Shown here piece after piece: positions 41,414 to 56,913 of a DNA stretch of 64,000 nt. The DNA comes from Octopus vulgaris (Eukaryota). The DNA is taken from assembly GCA_951406725.2 (NCBI GenBank), contig OX597814.1:148862001-148926000 (forward strand), read 5' to 3'. The notes under the pieces were generated by a model. The model saw only the letters and a list, made by a program, of their open reading frames with translations. It searched no databases and was not told the DNA's origin. Position 1 is the first letter of the stretch, and each line of letters opens with the position of its first letter. Both the position numbers and the translations under genes were made by a program.

Positions 41414-42077
41414 AGCGCCAAGAACAGAATCATCACCACCAACAACAAATAAACCAATTCCAACACCAAGAATAACAACGAAGAAGACAGGCACCAAGGA
41501 TGTAGGAGAGACAATAACCACAACAAACCCCCCAGCAACACCCTCCCCGCGCACCACAACAATATCTACAACCGCACAAACAGACCCAGACGCTTTACCC
41601 TTACCCCCTGCTGATTCGTCAGACTTTTCATCTAACGATGAAAGTTCGACAGAATGGCAAATAGCCACAGGGGGTAAAAGAAAAAGATCGAGAAAAACCA
41701 AACAAGAAATCGCAACCAAATCAGGTAGATACCTGAACCCTGAAAGCTCCATACACAACCAAACAAGCACCAACACCACAAAAACACACACACTGCTATC
41801 AGCGATAGACACAAAAGACTCCAAACTAATGGAGTACATCACAGGCTACACAAACATCTGTGAAGATGACTTCAAAACGAACAACCATCCACGCACTACA
41901 CCACCCAAACACATCAAAATACTACACATCACACAAACACAACACCACAAACTCAAAGCCCTCTTCCCAAATGCTGTAGGGGGTTTTCAAAAATATCTAT
42001 CCCAAAAACTTTATAAAAACCTCCTCCAAGACACATCAAAGAACGAGGAAGCAAAAACTTTCGACACAAGTAAGTAA
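41414..42077 (+). pseudogene. Tx1-like ORF1, C-terminal part
   Basis: Open Thr/Pro-rich frame with a basic patch (GGKRKRSRKTK), ending 36 nt before the ORF2 ATG. Confidence 0.65.
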
Positions 42078-42113
42078 CTCTCTGTACTTTCCTTTACACA
42101 ACCCAATAGAATC

Positions 42114-44437
42114 ATGGTCAAGATTGGTTGTGTGAATGCGCGTGGCTTGGGGTCTCCTTGGAAACAAGGATACCTCCTAAATGACATCAAGTCACATGAT
42201 TTGGGAATCATAGCCATAAGTGAGACCAGACTCCACGAGCCACGGGCCCTAAAGTCCATGTTTGGCGGACAGTTCAACATTTATTTTGCTCCCTGTCTGC
42301 CGAGGTTGGGCGGTAGTGGCACCGCGGTACTTTTTCACAAGAGCCTAGATCTCGAAGTCAAGACGATATTCGTAGACCCGGAGGGTAGACTGGTCGTTCT
42401 GGATGTCCACGGCAGCAATGGGTGCGCTTTACGACTCGTATCAGTCTACGCACCGCCTTTAACAGGTCGGCCGGATTTCTTTCGACGTCTAGAAGTATTC
42501 CTGGGAACGTCTCGTCCTTTACTTTTAGTGGGAGATTGGAATACTACCTTGGACACGCATCTAGACTGTGGGGAGAGACAAAAACAGAAGGGGATGCAAA
42601 TGCCTCAGAGACCTGCTCAGACGATTCCAACTGTCTGACAGGTACCGACTCGACCACCCAAATGCACCAACGTGGACATGGAGCAACCGCAGTGGGTCGT
42701 CGAGATCGTATCTAGATAGGATACTGTGTAGGACAGTAGACAAGGATAACTTAGGATGTCCACAATTCCATACAGTCAGCTACACGGATCACAAATTCGT
42801 GACGTGTACGCTAGACTTAGATAAGGCACATCGACAGGGTCCTGGGTACTGGAAACTGAACGCATCATTCCCGTCCAGACAAGTTTTCAGAGACCGGATT
42901 AGCACACTAGTAAAGAGGGCTTTGACGGGAGCCATCATCAACAACAAATGGTGGTTTGCCCTCAAGAGAGCAGTAAAAGCAGAAGCGATTAGGTACAGCA
43001 AAGCACTAGCCATAGATAGAAATAGAGTAGAGGGTGAGCTAATTAAGAAGCTAGAAGAGGCAATTAGAAGCGGCATCGCATCCGACGTTTTGGCGGCGAG
43101 GTTGGCCCTCGACCAATACTTCAACGCCAAACACGAAGGATGTGCTGTCAGAGCTAGGATGCGTGCTCTAAGGAACGAAGTTGTTGGAGCCGCGAGAGAG
43201 GCCCGGGTGGCGGAGGCGCAGCAGGGCAACAAAGCCACCATTCGGTCTCTGGTAGATGAACAAGGGCGCGAATTGCTCGAGCCCAGCAAGATGTGCGAGA
43301 CATTTCAGCGGCACTTTGCCCGACTGTACGGGACGAGTGGTGAGCGTGAACGCAGGGTAGATTTCAGTGCCTACCTGCACAGCCTACCACGACTCTCGGC
43401 AAGAGAGGCAGAGTGCTGCGAAGGTGCCATCACGGCGGCGGATGTGCAGGACGCGATGGCAGAATGCTCGAGAGACAAATCGCCGGGTTTGGATGGTCTG
43501 CCCTAAGAGTTTTACAATTGTATGCCAGACTTGTTTGGAGACGTCTTGGCAGCGGTATACTGCAACTGGCAGCAAAACGGGAGCATACCCGGTTTTGTGA
43601 GTCGAGAAGCTGTAACACTGCTGAAGAAAGATCCAAACAAGGGGAACATTATAGATAACTTTAGACCAATCACTCTGCTCAATGCAGACCTGAAAATTTT
43701 GACAAAGGTGTTAGCCAAGAGGTTGGAGCTTGTCATCGAGAAACTGGTCGACAACGCACAAACGTGCGCCGTGTGACTTGAGTGACTTCAACACAACCAA
43801 AGCATTCTATAGGGGATTAGTGGAGGGGAGGTACGACGACGATCTCGGGGCAAACCTGGGCGTCGACGAGGAATACATGACCCGCCTGTTTCAAACGACT
43901 TTCGGCCCGGGACCTATGGACAACTTCCAGAGATCCCTGGCCTGGCGGTGCTACCGAGAAGCGCTACTCGTTCGGGATAAGCTCTATAGGCATGGCTCGA
44001 GAAACACGGGGCCGACCTGCCCGAGATGCGGGCAGAGCGACGAAACCGCTCTGCACGCAATCGTGCAATGTCCAGCAATTTCCCACCTGTGGGCTTATGT
44101 CGAACGACTGCTGTTACGTGTGGGACGTGTCGGTTTATCAGCCGAGTCTATCGTTAATATCGTCACGCCTCCTTCCTTCAAACGGGAAGGAAGAGCTATT
44201 TTTATCATACTTGTGGCTATGGCGAAAGAATGTATCTGGTGGACGCGCCTGAAAGGATTAGAGACAAACACTTTCCTCTCTGGTCAATCTCTCATCAACT
44301 TCTTCAAGTATCACTTGAGGAGGAAAGTGAGAGTAGAGAGGCAAGTTTTGTCTAGTGAATGTTTTAAAAAAAGATGGGTGAATGTAGCAAGGATGTCACG
44401 TATGAATGACGAAGCCACATTGACTATGATTCTATGA
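42114..44437 (+). pseudogene. Tx1-like ORF2 (EN-RT-CCHC) pseudogene
   Basis: Frameshift at ~42570, stop at 43504-43506, and loss of the RT core (no QG or YADD motifs) at a junction near 43773. Confidence 0.88.
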
Positions 44438-44787
44438 ACCATAAAAATTAATACAGAGAGTCGCTTATTTGCAAAAAAAAAAAAAAGAAATATAACATGT
44501 GACTTCATTGACCGAGGTTACCGTGGTCTTTTCTGTAGGCTTTTCTTTCCACGGGTAAACCTCACCTGTCCTCCCCTTTACACTTCATATTGACATTTCT
44601 GTGATAACGATCCCTATTGATCAATTTTTTTCCTGTCCCCCTTTTTTTTTGTCCTCTTTCTCTCCTTTTACGATCCCTTTTGATCGAAACTACCCCCCTC
44701 TCCTTTTTTTTTTAACCTTCAAAAGAAAAGCTCTACCTTGTAATCTGTTCTATCTGTGTGCAGCCCTGTGTGGCTAATAAAGAAACA

Positions 44788-44833
<46 letters not shown>

Positions 44834-44865
44834 CCTATCTATTTATCTATATATCTATCTATCTT

Positions 44866-44910
<45 letters not shown>

Positions 44911-45167
44911 TTATCTGTCTATTTACCTATCTATCTATCTATCTCGTTCACTTTCGCCCTATTCATACACAAGGAACGTACACATACTCATACACACACG
45001 CGCGCGCACATACACATCCAATCATATATAATAGCAAATAAAAGTGATCACATGACTGCTATTCTGAAATCACTGATTAATGGATAATACGCTCTATAGT
45101 CTCATGACGTTTTACTTTAACGAAGTATATATTTGTCTATTGAGTTGTAATAATTGGTTAGTATATA

Positions 45168-45752
45168 CGGAGCAACCTCGGTTCTCGATCATAATTTGTT
45201 CTTGAAAGTCTGTTCTGAAACTGAATTGCTCGTGAACCGAATCATTTGATGTAAAAGTGATTGATTCGTTTTCAAGCACCAGATAACCGCTTATTTACAT
45301 GTTTGCACAATATATTTTAGCATAAAAATGTTTATTCAAACTGTAAATAATACAGTATTATAAATAATACTGTCTTAGAAGGGGATATCCCTTCCATAAA
45401 ATCTTCTGGTAACTGTCTTTCGGGGGTTTCTTTCCTTCTATGTCTCTTTGACTCAGGTAAATATTTTTCTGTTTTTTTTTTTTTCTCTTATTCTTTCAGT
45501 TTGCTTTTGCAATGTTAGTTGCGTTGTAAAATCTTTCTAAAATAAGACATGGCATTGCAATTGAAAAGGTTTACTGCTGTATTTGCAACCATCGATCGAC
45601 TCACAAATGATTCGGTTCGAGTTAAATCGCTTCGGCAATGTTGTTCGAGAACCGAAATTTTTTGTTACAACCGAGGCATATTTATCTCGAACGTTCTGTT
45701 TGAATACCGATTTGTTCGACATATGAGACGTTCGAGAACGAAGATTGCACTG
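45168..45752. mobile_element. Tigger/pogo-like (Tc1/mariner) MITE, 585 bp
   Basis: The left end is TA|CGGAGCAACCTCGGTTCTCGA and the reverse complement of the right end is TA|CAGTGCAATCTTCGTTCTCGA. There is a TA target duplication and internal gttcgagaac-like subrepeats. Confidence 0.75.
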
Positions 45753-45754
45753 TA

Positions 45755-45790
<36 letters not shown>

Positions 45791-45814
45791 GGGAATAAGT
45801 GGAATACATAGAAT

Positions 45815-46025
45815 TCGGCCATGCTGTAGCAGCGCTTTGAATAATTTTTAGTCGAATATATTGACCTCAGTACCTATACTTTCAACAGGTACGTTATTTT
45901 ATCGACCCCCGAAACGATGAAAAGCAAAGATGATTTCGATAGAATTTGATCTAAGTACATAAAGACAGACAGAATGTCGATAAACATTTTGAATGGCGAG
46001 CTAACGATTGTACCAGTCGCCTTTG
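45815..46025 (-). mobile_element. SINE (second family), degenerate
   Basis: ttattttatcgacccccgaaacgatgaaaagcaaag core plus a cagcatggccg tail on the minus strand. Confidence 0.6.
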
Positions 46026-49000
46026 CCTCCTGAGCACTGCAAATGTAGAATAACATGTACAGAATCTGGAGAATATCGCAACTCACCTGTAATCGGCTCG
46101 CCTTTTAAGTGAGCAAAATTGCTGACTGTAAAATAAAACATGAATGAGCATCACACAGTATGCCACTCTACTGCATTCCATAAGCAAATGCATTTATCTG
46201 GTCTCTTGCCAACTGGATTTCCACTAAATATTCAACACAATATAAGAGTTTCATAACTGAACTGAAAGCGAATTTATTGCCTCCAAAATTCCAATACATT
46301 CTACTTTTACCACAAGAAGGGTATCTCCATCAATCATAATTCCTCACCGTTCCTGAAATGACCCCATATGTTGCAAACGATATTTCTCTCGAATGAATTA
46401 ATGACCGATCACTTTAGTTTCGAGCACATTCAACGGAAAAAAACCCCAAATAGATGAAAACAATTATCGACCCTACCTCCTTAAATAGCGCTTTTTTCCC
46501 CCAGATGCTCTTTATTGGGTTTCTGAAATCTCAATTTACCAGGGACATTTTTTATTCAATAGGGATCTCTTGACAATGGAAACCTCAGGGAAAACTCTAT
46601 GTGTCTGGTACAGTAAACTCTTGGATTAACCGATCGTATTTTGGTTGAAAAAGTTCATCTCAAATTGCGTTACAATATTCTTGCACTAATATAACATTAC
46701 CGCATATATGGTGTATTTGCTTTAGTCCATACCCTTTTGAGCGCCGTGTATGCTATTGCCACCTGTACATTAGAGCGGTGCTTGCTATTGCCCCCAACTA
46801 CTCGCTGTCCTATTCAGAAGAAAGCAATAATTATTGCTCCTAAATCCTCATTCATAGAAGCCATCAGCATTCTACTTAAACAGCTTCATGTCAAACGTGC
46901 ATTGGCTCTGTGACCAGAAACCTCTGATCAAAGAGATATGAATGTCATGTTTCTTGCAAAGGGAACATAACATGTAAACAGCATAAACGCACACACAAAC
47001 GTACACAAACGCATATGCACACACACACGCACACATTCACATACACATAAAAACACACACACACACACACACTCACTCTCTCTCACACACACGCACGCAC
47101 ACACATTTCATAAATCGATGAAAAATATTACTCCTTATCTAAAAGTCTTGTACAAAATTCATAACCTAATAAATTCTATGTTCCAAAGGTATGCTTTTCT
47201 CATCAGAGATGGAAAATATTTCACTTTTGATCAGATATTTAGTTCAATAAAAACCGCCCACTAAAAACTTACAGAATCTAATTATTACATCTCAAAAATA
47301 ACGACCAATTATCTTGTTGATAACCACTCGTTTAGTTGCACATTATATTGCCTTACCCATGTGCCTGCTTTTCCTCCTGACTTCTATAACATCTACAATA
47401 ATTTCTTTTCATCTGAGTCAGAATGATAACTTATTCCAACATTCTGAAGCTGAACGATTCTCTATTCCTCTCAATCTCCAGAACCTATAGTTATCATCAT
47501 TATTATTTTTTATCCCTCAAAACCACTGGATTTCCCGACTCGCCCGGGTCGAGCATTAGTCATATAAATCACATCGATGTCAGAGGACATCCGAAGGTCA
47601 TGGGTATTAATCCTTATTTCCCTGCTGAACTGTAAAAAGATTTAATCAGCTACAACTTTCCCTTAGAATGTTCCTCCATATTACCATCATTAGAAACCAA
47701 ATATTATCTGGCACTCTTATACAGGTCGTGTATTACTATCCAGCTGAGACTATGCACTAAAAATAGATCGACTGATGATCAATTCGGAGATTTATTTTAT
47801 CGATTCCAGGACTAAGGAAAGGATTAATCGATCCATATTGTAACGCATTTAATCTTCTGTTTTACCAATACTCCACCGACTCACCCAAATATATTATAGA
47901 TTTTATAACTCGCTTGATTTTGAATTTTGGAATTTGGAGCGTTGAATTCGATTTCTTTGTGTGCTGTTCCCAATGATGATAGGAAAATCGAGCAGATTTG
48001 TGTGAGATTAAAACAGAGATCACTGAGACATTCAATGCCTGTGTTACAATTATAAATCAACTCGTGTGGTTGCCATACCTTTACGATGCTGTTCCATTAT
48101 TTATTAAGTTATTTCTTTATTAATCATAGTATATGTCAAACAGTCAAAAACAGAGCGAGATTTAAACTCAAGAGATACTGACCCCGTTTTAATTCTTTTA
48201 TCCACTATAGAGCCAAGTGTTACAAAATTATGGTTATTATGGTAAGAATGTGCACTTTCCAGAAAACGGCATTAACTTAAACCATACATTGAAGGTACTA
48301 CCTCTGTTTCTCACACTAGCGTTGGAAGCATGATAAACGTTAGTGTTACAATGATCTTTTCTTTAATTAAAGAGTATCTCAAACGTTAATCTCTTCTCTA
48401 ATTAAAGAGTCTGAGATGATACCGTTCAGCAGTTATATCATTCACATCTCATACATTGTTAAATACGCGAACTCCAATTTCTTTACGTGTGGAAGCGTTT
48501 TGAAAGGAATTTAGTTGTAATTTCTTACACATGGTTTTTGGTTCCGTCCTCCATCGTTGAGTCTTGCTTCTTTAAATGAATTAGACAGCGGAGAGAGACT
48601 AGCAGCCAGAAAACTGATAAATAGAAGGTGAAAGTTTATTTTCAAATAGGAAATCTATTCCAAAACCTGTACATATTCGGCCCGCTAAAATCGCATAAGG
48701 TTTAGAAGATTAAGTCCCTTCCTTCAGCACAATGGTGCAGTCCCGACAATGGGCTTCAACATAGTCTTATTTAGAAATGTTCATTCAAAAAACCGGTCAA
48801 AATTCAACTCTAGCAGAAGACACGTGTCAAAATGTTTTTTTCACAGGATTGAAATACGAACTTCGTGATTTCCAATCGCTACGATTATATTTATATTAGT
48901 TGTTTCAGATTTAGGGTCCTCTTTAATAAAGTTGTATTTGTAAAGATAAAGATAGTGATGTTAATGATTAAAGTAGGGAAGTCGTTCTTATCAGGAAAAG

Positions 49001-51182
49001 TAGCGTAGCCATTTTCTAAAGTTAGAGGAAGCGAGCACATAGCAAAGGTACCATGTTTCAGTGATCATATCATTATGTATGAAACTTCTACTTATATAGG
49101 TGTGACGTGAAAATGATGAAACTAGACGGGATCATCCAAGTCGTGATGTCGTTTTTTTGTTTTCGTTCTTCAGATATGTCAGCGGCCCCCAAACACATCA
49201 CAGGAGATTGAGAAGAACTCAAAAACACGGGAGAGTGGTAATAACTCGAGAAAGTTCTTAAATTGCGATAGAGGAAGGAGGAAAGAGAGAGACTCAGAGA
49301 GAAATTCAGCTTTTATCGCACAACAAATGAACCAAAGAGTTTAAAAAAGAATATTGAAAAGGTGCCAATTTTGAAATATGTACTCGGAGAAAGCTGTCGC
49401 TCCGTTTCCTCTCCTATTTGATACGCCACTGATCAGGCATATCTTGGCAATTATAACGTAGCAATTTTCATACATATGATTCCATTTGTTATAGCTTTGC
49501 TGGTAATTTTATGTGGTTTTCAAACCACACTTTTGCTTCGTAAAACCTTAAACGAAGTGGCTCGTTAGAAATTGGCATAACTAATATTATATTATCTCTA
49601 TATGCTTAAATCTACTTTCTCACGATGCGAATTATAAAGGAGGAAAACGACCGTAAATTCATAATTGCATTGAAGCCAGCAAGAGAGCCTCTATGTAGCC
49701 AATCGGCCTGCTAAAATTATCGGCCAAATATTCTGAAATCACATCTACTGACGTAAGTAAAGTAATATTAAATAACATAATCATTGAATCCCTCCCCCAA
49801 CAGAGAAATGAGATAGAAACAGGATACGTACTTTAGTCATAGCTCGGCGTTTTCTAATTATTCTTTCCGTGTACAATATAAAGTTCTGTTTAATTACTTC
49901 TCACTAGGTATAAAGTTGAACGTGCAGATTATCAAGTCCGCGATCATGATAATTATGATGCAAGTTCCTCAGTCAACTACCTCAGTGTAGGTGGAGTGTG
50001 CTGCAGTAATCACTGCGTCTGTCTGAAGTTTGTCAAATATTTTGTTTGTTTGCATTGGTCAGTTTAATTCCTCCCAGAGGTAAATTTATCCGAAAGATAG
50101 TTACAGTTAATTCAGTTATTATTACAAGAGCCGCAGATAACCATCGGGTGTATGGATTTTTCACATTTGGAACGGGATTGGATTGTATACACGGGGGAAA
50201 TTTTGAAATGCTGGAACGATTATTGGTGATAAAATTGCTGACAACAAATGACAGAAATTGTAATTATGACGAGTTATTTGATTAAGCATAAAAGAAAAAT
50301 CTGTATTTTTCGCGGGAAAAGAGTGACAAGACTATCTACTTAGCTAACACAGTGATTTCACAGTGTCCCGATCTGCCAAGGTATTATCTCTCGATTTACA
50401 GGGATGGCCACAATGAAATTGTTAATATCATTATAGAACAATTGAATCATCGCAGAATCAGTGTATAAATTAAAAGGCGCCTGCACTCTTGTATCAACAT
50501 ATGCTATATTATTGTTCTTTATGAATAATTTCTAATATAAACACGAGGACATAATTCTAGGTACTGTTCTTTTAAGTTATTTAACAGCCGGCCAGTTGTT
50601 GTTGGGTACTGATTTTATTGATCGCAGAAGCATGAAATGCCAAATAACCACAGACTGATTTGATATATTAACATGAAGAGTTGCACCTCAGTAACCATAA
50701 GATTTTTGTACATTTGTCTAATGAATTTACCAACTCCCTGTTTCGTAAAAATAAGACTTTTTATTATTGCAAAATATAAATAAAGGAAAAGTATTGCAGT
50801 TTATGGAGTGGTTAATGGCTACAATAACTCTAGACCAATACAATTGTATTAGTCCCAAATGTACATATCTGATCAAATCACTTGCCAAACATGTGCAACT
50901 GAAGAATATAGAATAATTATAGTATTGGAAATTTTACAGGCAGATCGTCCCTCGGTGGGATCATAACTTATTTTAGTGAGCAGCTTAACGATGGATTATA
51001 ACAGGAAGTCACAGAGGCGAATATCTTCTGCCCTGCAGTCATAAAACACATTAGTGTTTTATGTTGGTTAGCCTGTAATATGCAGCCATCGATCAAACGA
51101 AGCTTGGCGTTAGTAAAACGATTTGCTTGGAAAAATAAGTGTGTATATATGTATACATAAGTGTGTGTATGCTTGTCTAAAT

Positions 51183-51276
<94 letters not shown>

Positions 51277-53468
51277 GTATATATGTATATATAGATGTAT
51301 ATATAAAGATATAGTTATATATATGCATTAATGTATATATATATATATATATATACATAAAAATATATATATATATACATAAATATATATATATACACAC
51401 ACATGTATATATATATATATATATATGCATATATATATATATATATATATATATGTAAGTATGGATGGATGTATGTATGTGTGGGTGTGTATGTGGGTTT
51501 GTAGCTGTAATAATCGTTTGAAGATTCATTGAGTCCGGCGAAATGTTTTGTAATAAAATGTCGCTTTAGATTTATGAAGATAGCAAAGAAGTGAATATTT
51601 CTACTGTTGAGACCGTAGAAACAGTAGACAATGGCGTAGATGGCGTTACAGATGTGACGGAGATAGCAGTAGTACTGATTGTGATCTAAGATGCGTTAGT
51701 AGCTGTTAGAGTTAGAGATAATGGTGGTTACCATAGTTTTAGCAGTGGTGATTTGTGCATTGTCAAGCCCGAAGGAATAGTTAAGATTGTGATAGTTATA
51801 AGCAACTCGATCGCCCTGCTAGAAATTGCAAGCGAATCTCCCTCAAATGGTCATAGGTAGGCTCGATGAGAACAGACCTGGGGATAAACTCTATAATCAT
51901 CCATAAAAAGCAAGAGTAGCCAGCCCGTTATCTCAGATATTTGTACTACAGTACAAAACTCCCTTTTTTAATTTCATAATCTATTGTGTAACTTGAAGGA
52001 GAATTGACAGCTAATTTTAACTACCTATTTTTTAATAGCTCGAGTGAGCAGCTAGAAATGTACCCATTCGGCTTATTGTGTTCATGCCGGTTGTGGTGAT
52101 GATCGTGTTAATGACGACATCGGCTTCGGCGATTATGATAATCACGATAGAATGCCTGTAAAGTGCGTAATGTACGTTGGTTTGCAGTATACATTTTTCA
52201 TTTAGTACTTGATACATTTTTTTGATATTCTTGAATTCCAGCCTATTGCTAATCGAATAGATAATTGGGCAAAGTGATTTTATTGCAACTATCCTGAATT
52301 TTGTACACCTTTTCTGCAGAAAGCCGAGACGTCATCATCCACGTATCCTTTTCGAGGAAGAAAGGGCGTGGTTTAAGAGAATTCGGCTGCTGATTTCAGT
52401 AGATGGATTGGCCATACGAAAACACCATCAGTATCACACACTTGAGCCTGTTGTCTAGTAGGACGTGTGTGGTGTTATATTTATGGTTACTGACGTGTTG
52501 GTAGTTGCTGATATTACAGATTCTTTATTTTTTTTATTACACTTCGATTTCTATTTTTTTATGTGGGATATGATGAAAACTATACAAGAGCGGATCATCG
52601 TCTCCTTTACTTTTGTATTTAGTGTACCTGGGATAATATTATCCAGTACATGTTGTTGGTTGTTTTAGATTTGGTTATCTTGGTGTTACTAATATTATTT
52701 ATAGTGGTGAAAGTTACAGTTATGGTTGCGGTAGAGATAGTGATGGTATTCATGCTGGTCATTATGGTAGTTATGGAATTATTATAAAGTAAACCTATAT
52801 TGAAGATAGTTCCGTCATAAACTTATCTTTATCCATACTTACAACTGCATCGCTAGTACTAGAAAGTGAATTACAGAAAGTGTGCTCAGTTTTCATATCT
52901 TATCCAGCTGAACAACTCTTTTCACTGACTTGCAGTGTCAATAAATAAAATACTTTTTCAGGTCCAGAGCAGTGGATTGGTGCAGTTGGTAGTACAACTT
53001 GTTCTACCTCTTATTATATGCATTTTACGGTCAAATTCTACCTAGGTGCTAATGGTCAGCTGTAATGACCTGCCGTAGAGAACAGCACATGCCTCCGGCA
53101 AATGCGTAGTGCATACTGATAGAACTATAAACAGCGTAGATAAGTCAGCAATAGCAAACGGCTGAATGGAAATAGAGGCCGAATAGCGTTGATACAAATT
53201 GTTGAAATTTATTTCTTCTTTTGGTCGAATTTATGCTGTGAACTGATTACGCCGATACTAGAACATAAGAAGGGCTTCAATTGATGAAAGTGACTTGGCA
53301 TTTTATGTCTGGTACTTTTTGGTGAGCCGTTAAGTTACAGAGATGTAATTATCTTAAACCGGTTGTCAATTTGTGAGAGACGCTTACGCATTTATTACTC
53401 ATATATACAAGCATGTATATATATATATATATATATATATAAAGACATGAAGATATACATACATATAT

Positions 53469-53520
<52 letters not shown>

Positions 53521-55064
53521 GTGTGGGGCTATGGGTGCTATGTGTGTGTAACTAACCATCATCCCATCCTTTATTAGTGTATTACAGACTAAGCTAAAAA
53601 AATGATAAGGTCGACACACCTAATACCGTAGAGAATAAATACGTCATTAATGGAATGTTTGCTCTTACTTGGACCAAGAAGCATTTGTGAATGAAACTTA
53701 TAGGGGAGATAATTTCAAGAAATCAAAAGAAAAAAAAATTAAGTATGTTTATTGGCATGTGTTTAAGAAAAGAATAGTGTGTTCTTTGAAAGCTAAAAGC
53801 AGCAATGGCCATGTGTTGGTTTATTTGACCACGTAAGCAGGGTACGAAATTTATGTTACAGAATATGACCTGCAGCGGTTTGTTGCATCGAAGAAATTTA
53901 TGTACTATTTCTAATATTTGGAGCATTTTCGTAAGGAGAACAAATGATGATACTAAAATCATATACATGGTAGCAGCATGGTAAGATGTTTGGACAAAAA
54001 ATGTACAGAGTTAATAGTTATGATACTGTTGATTACCATCACGTTTCTACGGAAGTTGGTTTGATAATAAAAAAAAAAGTTAGTGGAGGAGGTGGAGATA
54101 TATTAAGGTAGACATAATGTTGTTACTGTCAGGAGTGATGTTGTTGCTATTAACAACGGCGTATTACTTTGATACTACTGATAACAGTCGTTCTGGCTGG
54201 ACTTGTTAGAGGTGATGATGGTGTATTCCTGAACTAATGAAATTAATGACAGTATTATTGGTCCTGATGACGCTGAGGGATGTCGTTCAGTCACATCGCA
54301 GCCCCACCAATGGCCGAAACTATTCTACGAGTCATCACCCCGCCTTAATCCAAAGCAAATTAAATCCAAGACTAATTTAGTGAGCATGTCGTTCTCGTTG
54401 TGGCGGCAGAATGTGATTCGTAACAGATGTGGTTGCTATATCTAACACATCGTGCGACTGCATAGATGTTCGTCCATTGATAATGCTGACAGAAATTGAT
54501 GTGTTGATATGGATTACAATGATGTTAATGCTGATGTAATTATATGATATTTTTGCTGGTGGTAGAGATAGTAATATTAATACAGGTACAGATTGATGTC
54601 GAGATAGTGATAGGAGACTGTTGGAAATCTATTAGTAATAGACATGATTTTAGTAGGCGTTATGATGGGCAGTAAAGCGTAGTGAAAGATAGCGGTGCTG
54701 ATAGTAATTATTGGGATTTGGTTGAAGCCTGTAAAATATGTAATAGTCGTGTGATGGTCGTGATAACATGGGTGTTTAAGTAATAGTGGTAGTATGGTTC
54801 CATTACGAGGAGGGGGTAGACGTATAATAAAAGGAGAGAACAGTAGCAGTAATGTTATGGACATAGAGTGCTATTCGTGGTATTGATAGAGACTAATGTC
54901 GGAGATGTCGATGGCGATGGTGATATTCGTGAAGTCACTTGTTATCGTTGTGGTGGTACTAGTTGTAATGGCAGTTTCCCTGGTGTTTGAAGTGGGAGCG
55001 GTAATAGTAAAGACGGTGCAGTTATCTGAGAGGGAGATATGCTGCAGGGAAACCAAAGTTATAG

Positions 55065-55108
<44 letters not shown>

Positions 55109-55506
55109 GTGCAAAGTTATGTTTGGCTGTGTACAACCGTTACATATATGTCTATGTGCGAAACGCGCGTATGTGTGTTGTGTGTGTACCCTGTATGTGT
55201 ACAAAGGACTTTTCATATACACACATGAATAACTACATGTACTTTTATATATACATATATACATATCTACATATCTATGTGTGTGTGTTTGTATGTGTAT
55301 ATATATATACATATAAGCATACATGTATACTTATGCACAGACACCCACGGAGCGTGTTCTGGTATATGTACTTGTATGTTTGATTCTGTGTGATGCTATA
55401 TGAAAATGTGTGTATGTGGGAGGGCGACTGGAAATGTTACTAATTGAATTGATGTCTCATCCAATAAAATTTATGGCTGCTATGTTTTATTATATACATA
55501 CATACT

Positions 55507-55656
<150 letters not shown>

Positions 55657-56544
55657 CATATATAATGTTGTGTGTGTGTTTGTGTATGTTAGTATTGGAG
55701 TGTATAAATATACGTGTGTATTTTCTCTATATTAATTTTCTGGTTCTTATTTATTTATTTACATATTTATTTATTCATTTATCAGTTTAGTTGTTTTGTT
55801 TTATTTCTTTGTGCGAGGTCGGTGAGGGAGAGGATTTTCCAATGATGGAGAGGAGGCGAAGACTTCTGATTCAGTTTTCGTTTTCATATTTTTTATGTTT
55901 TTATTTTTTTTTTAGTTTTTACATATATGTTGCTTTTATTTTATAATGAAGAAATCTAAAACAAAAATAATAAAATATCTAAATGTAAAACAGCATAACA
56001 AAAAAAATAATTGCAAATAGATCGATGATCTCTGGCCACATGAAAGAGGGGAAAATATTATTACTACCTTAATATGTGATTGCCAAATATTGATCCAATG
56101 CATGGACTTATTATAAACCTTGCCAGCGTATATTTGCAACAGCAGCAGCAGCAGTAGCAGCTATTGCAGTAGAAGTAGTAACAACAGGAACAGTAGCAGC
56201 AGTAGCCGCAGCAGTAGCCGCAGCAGCAGCAGCACCAGCAACATGAGCACCAACCTCAACAAAAACAATAGAAATATAGTAGACGCTTGAAGTAAAAAAA
56301 CAATGAAAACTAACAAATATCAGCTACAATATCGACAACATCAACATCAAGAGCAGTATTGAACCTAAACCTCAGCAACCAAAAAAGAAAAAAAAGATGG
56401 GGGTAATCAATGTAGAAAGGAAAGAAATTTAGGGACTAACGCAACACATTGTCTTATGAAACGTAAACAGAATTGCAATGCATCATTGAAAATGAAAATA
56501 CTGACGATGATTAAGCAGCATCGAAAGCATCAACAACATTATCA

Positions 56545-56610
56545 ACGTCATCATCATCATCGTCAATATCATTATCATCATCATCATCATCATCATCACC
56601 ACCATCATTG

Positions 56611-56651
<41 letters not shown>

Positions 56652-56828
56652 GTTGTCGTCGTCTTCATCATCACACTCATTGTAATCATCGTCGCCATTA
56701 CCATCACCTTTCCCTCATCCCCTCCTTTCATCCTCCTCCTCCTCCTCCTCCTCCTCCTCACCATCGTCATCATCATCATCATTATCATCATCACCAGCAC
56801 AAGCATATTGCTGTTATTATTAATGCTG

Positions 56829-56913
<85 letters not shown>

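Larger units (their letters stand above)
41414..44787 (+). mobile_element. Tx1/L1-clade non-LTR retrotransposon, 5'-truncated and internally deleted, inside (TATC)n
   Basis: The ORF1 tail runs to 42077. ORF2 starts at 42114 with an endonuclease (NARGL, SET, GDWN, YLDRI, TDHK, YWKLN), an RT start (KSPGLDGLP, NFRPITLLNADLKIL) and a C-terminal CCHC (CPRCGQSDETALHAIVQC). The 3' UTR has AATAAA at 44776. Confidence 0.92.

Noticed and set aside
46130-46930. Possible ancient L2/CR1 3' remnant (PFERR, FYLNSF..RALAL)
   Set aside because: The motifs are too short to separate from chance.
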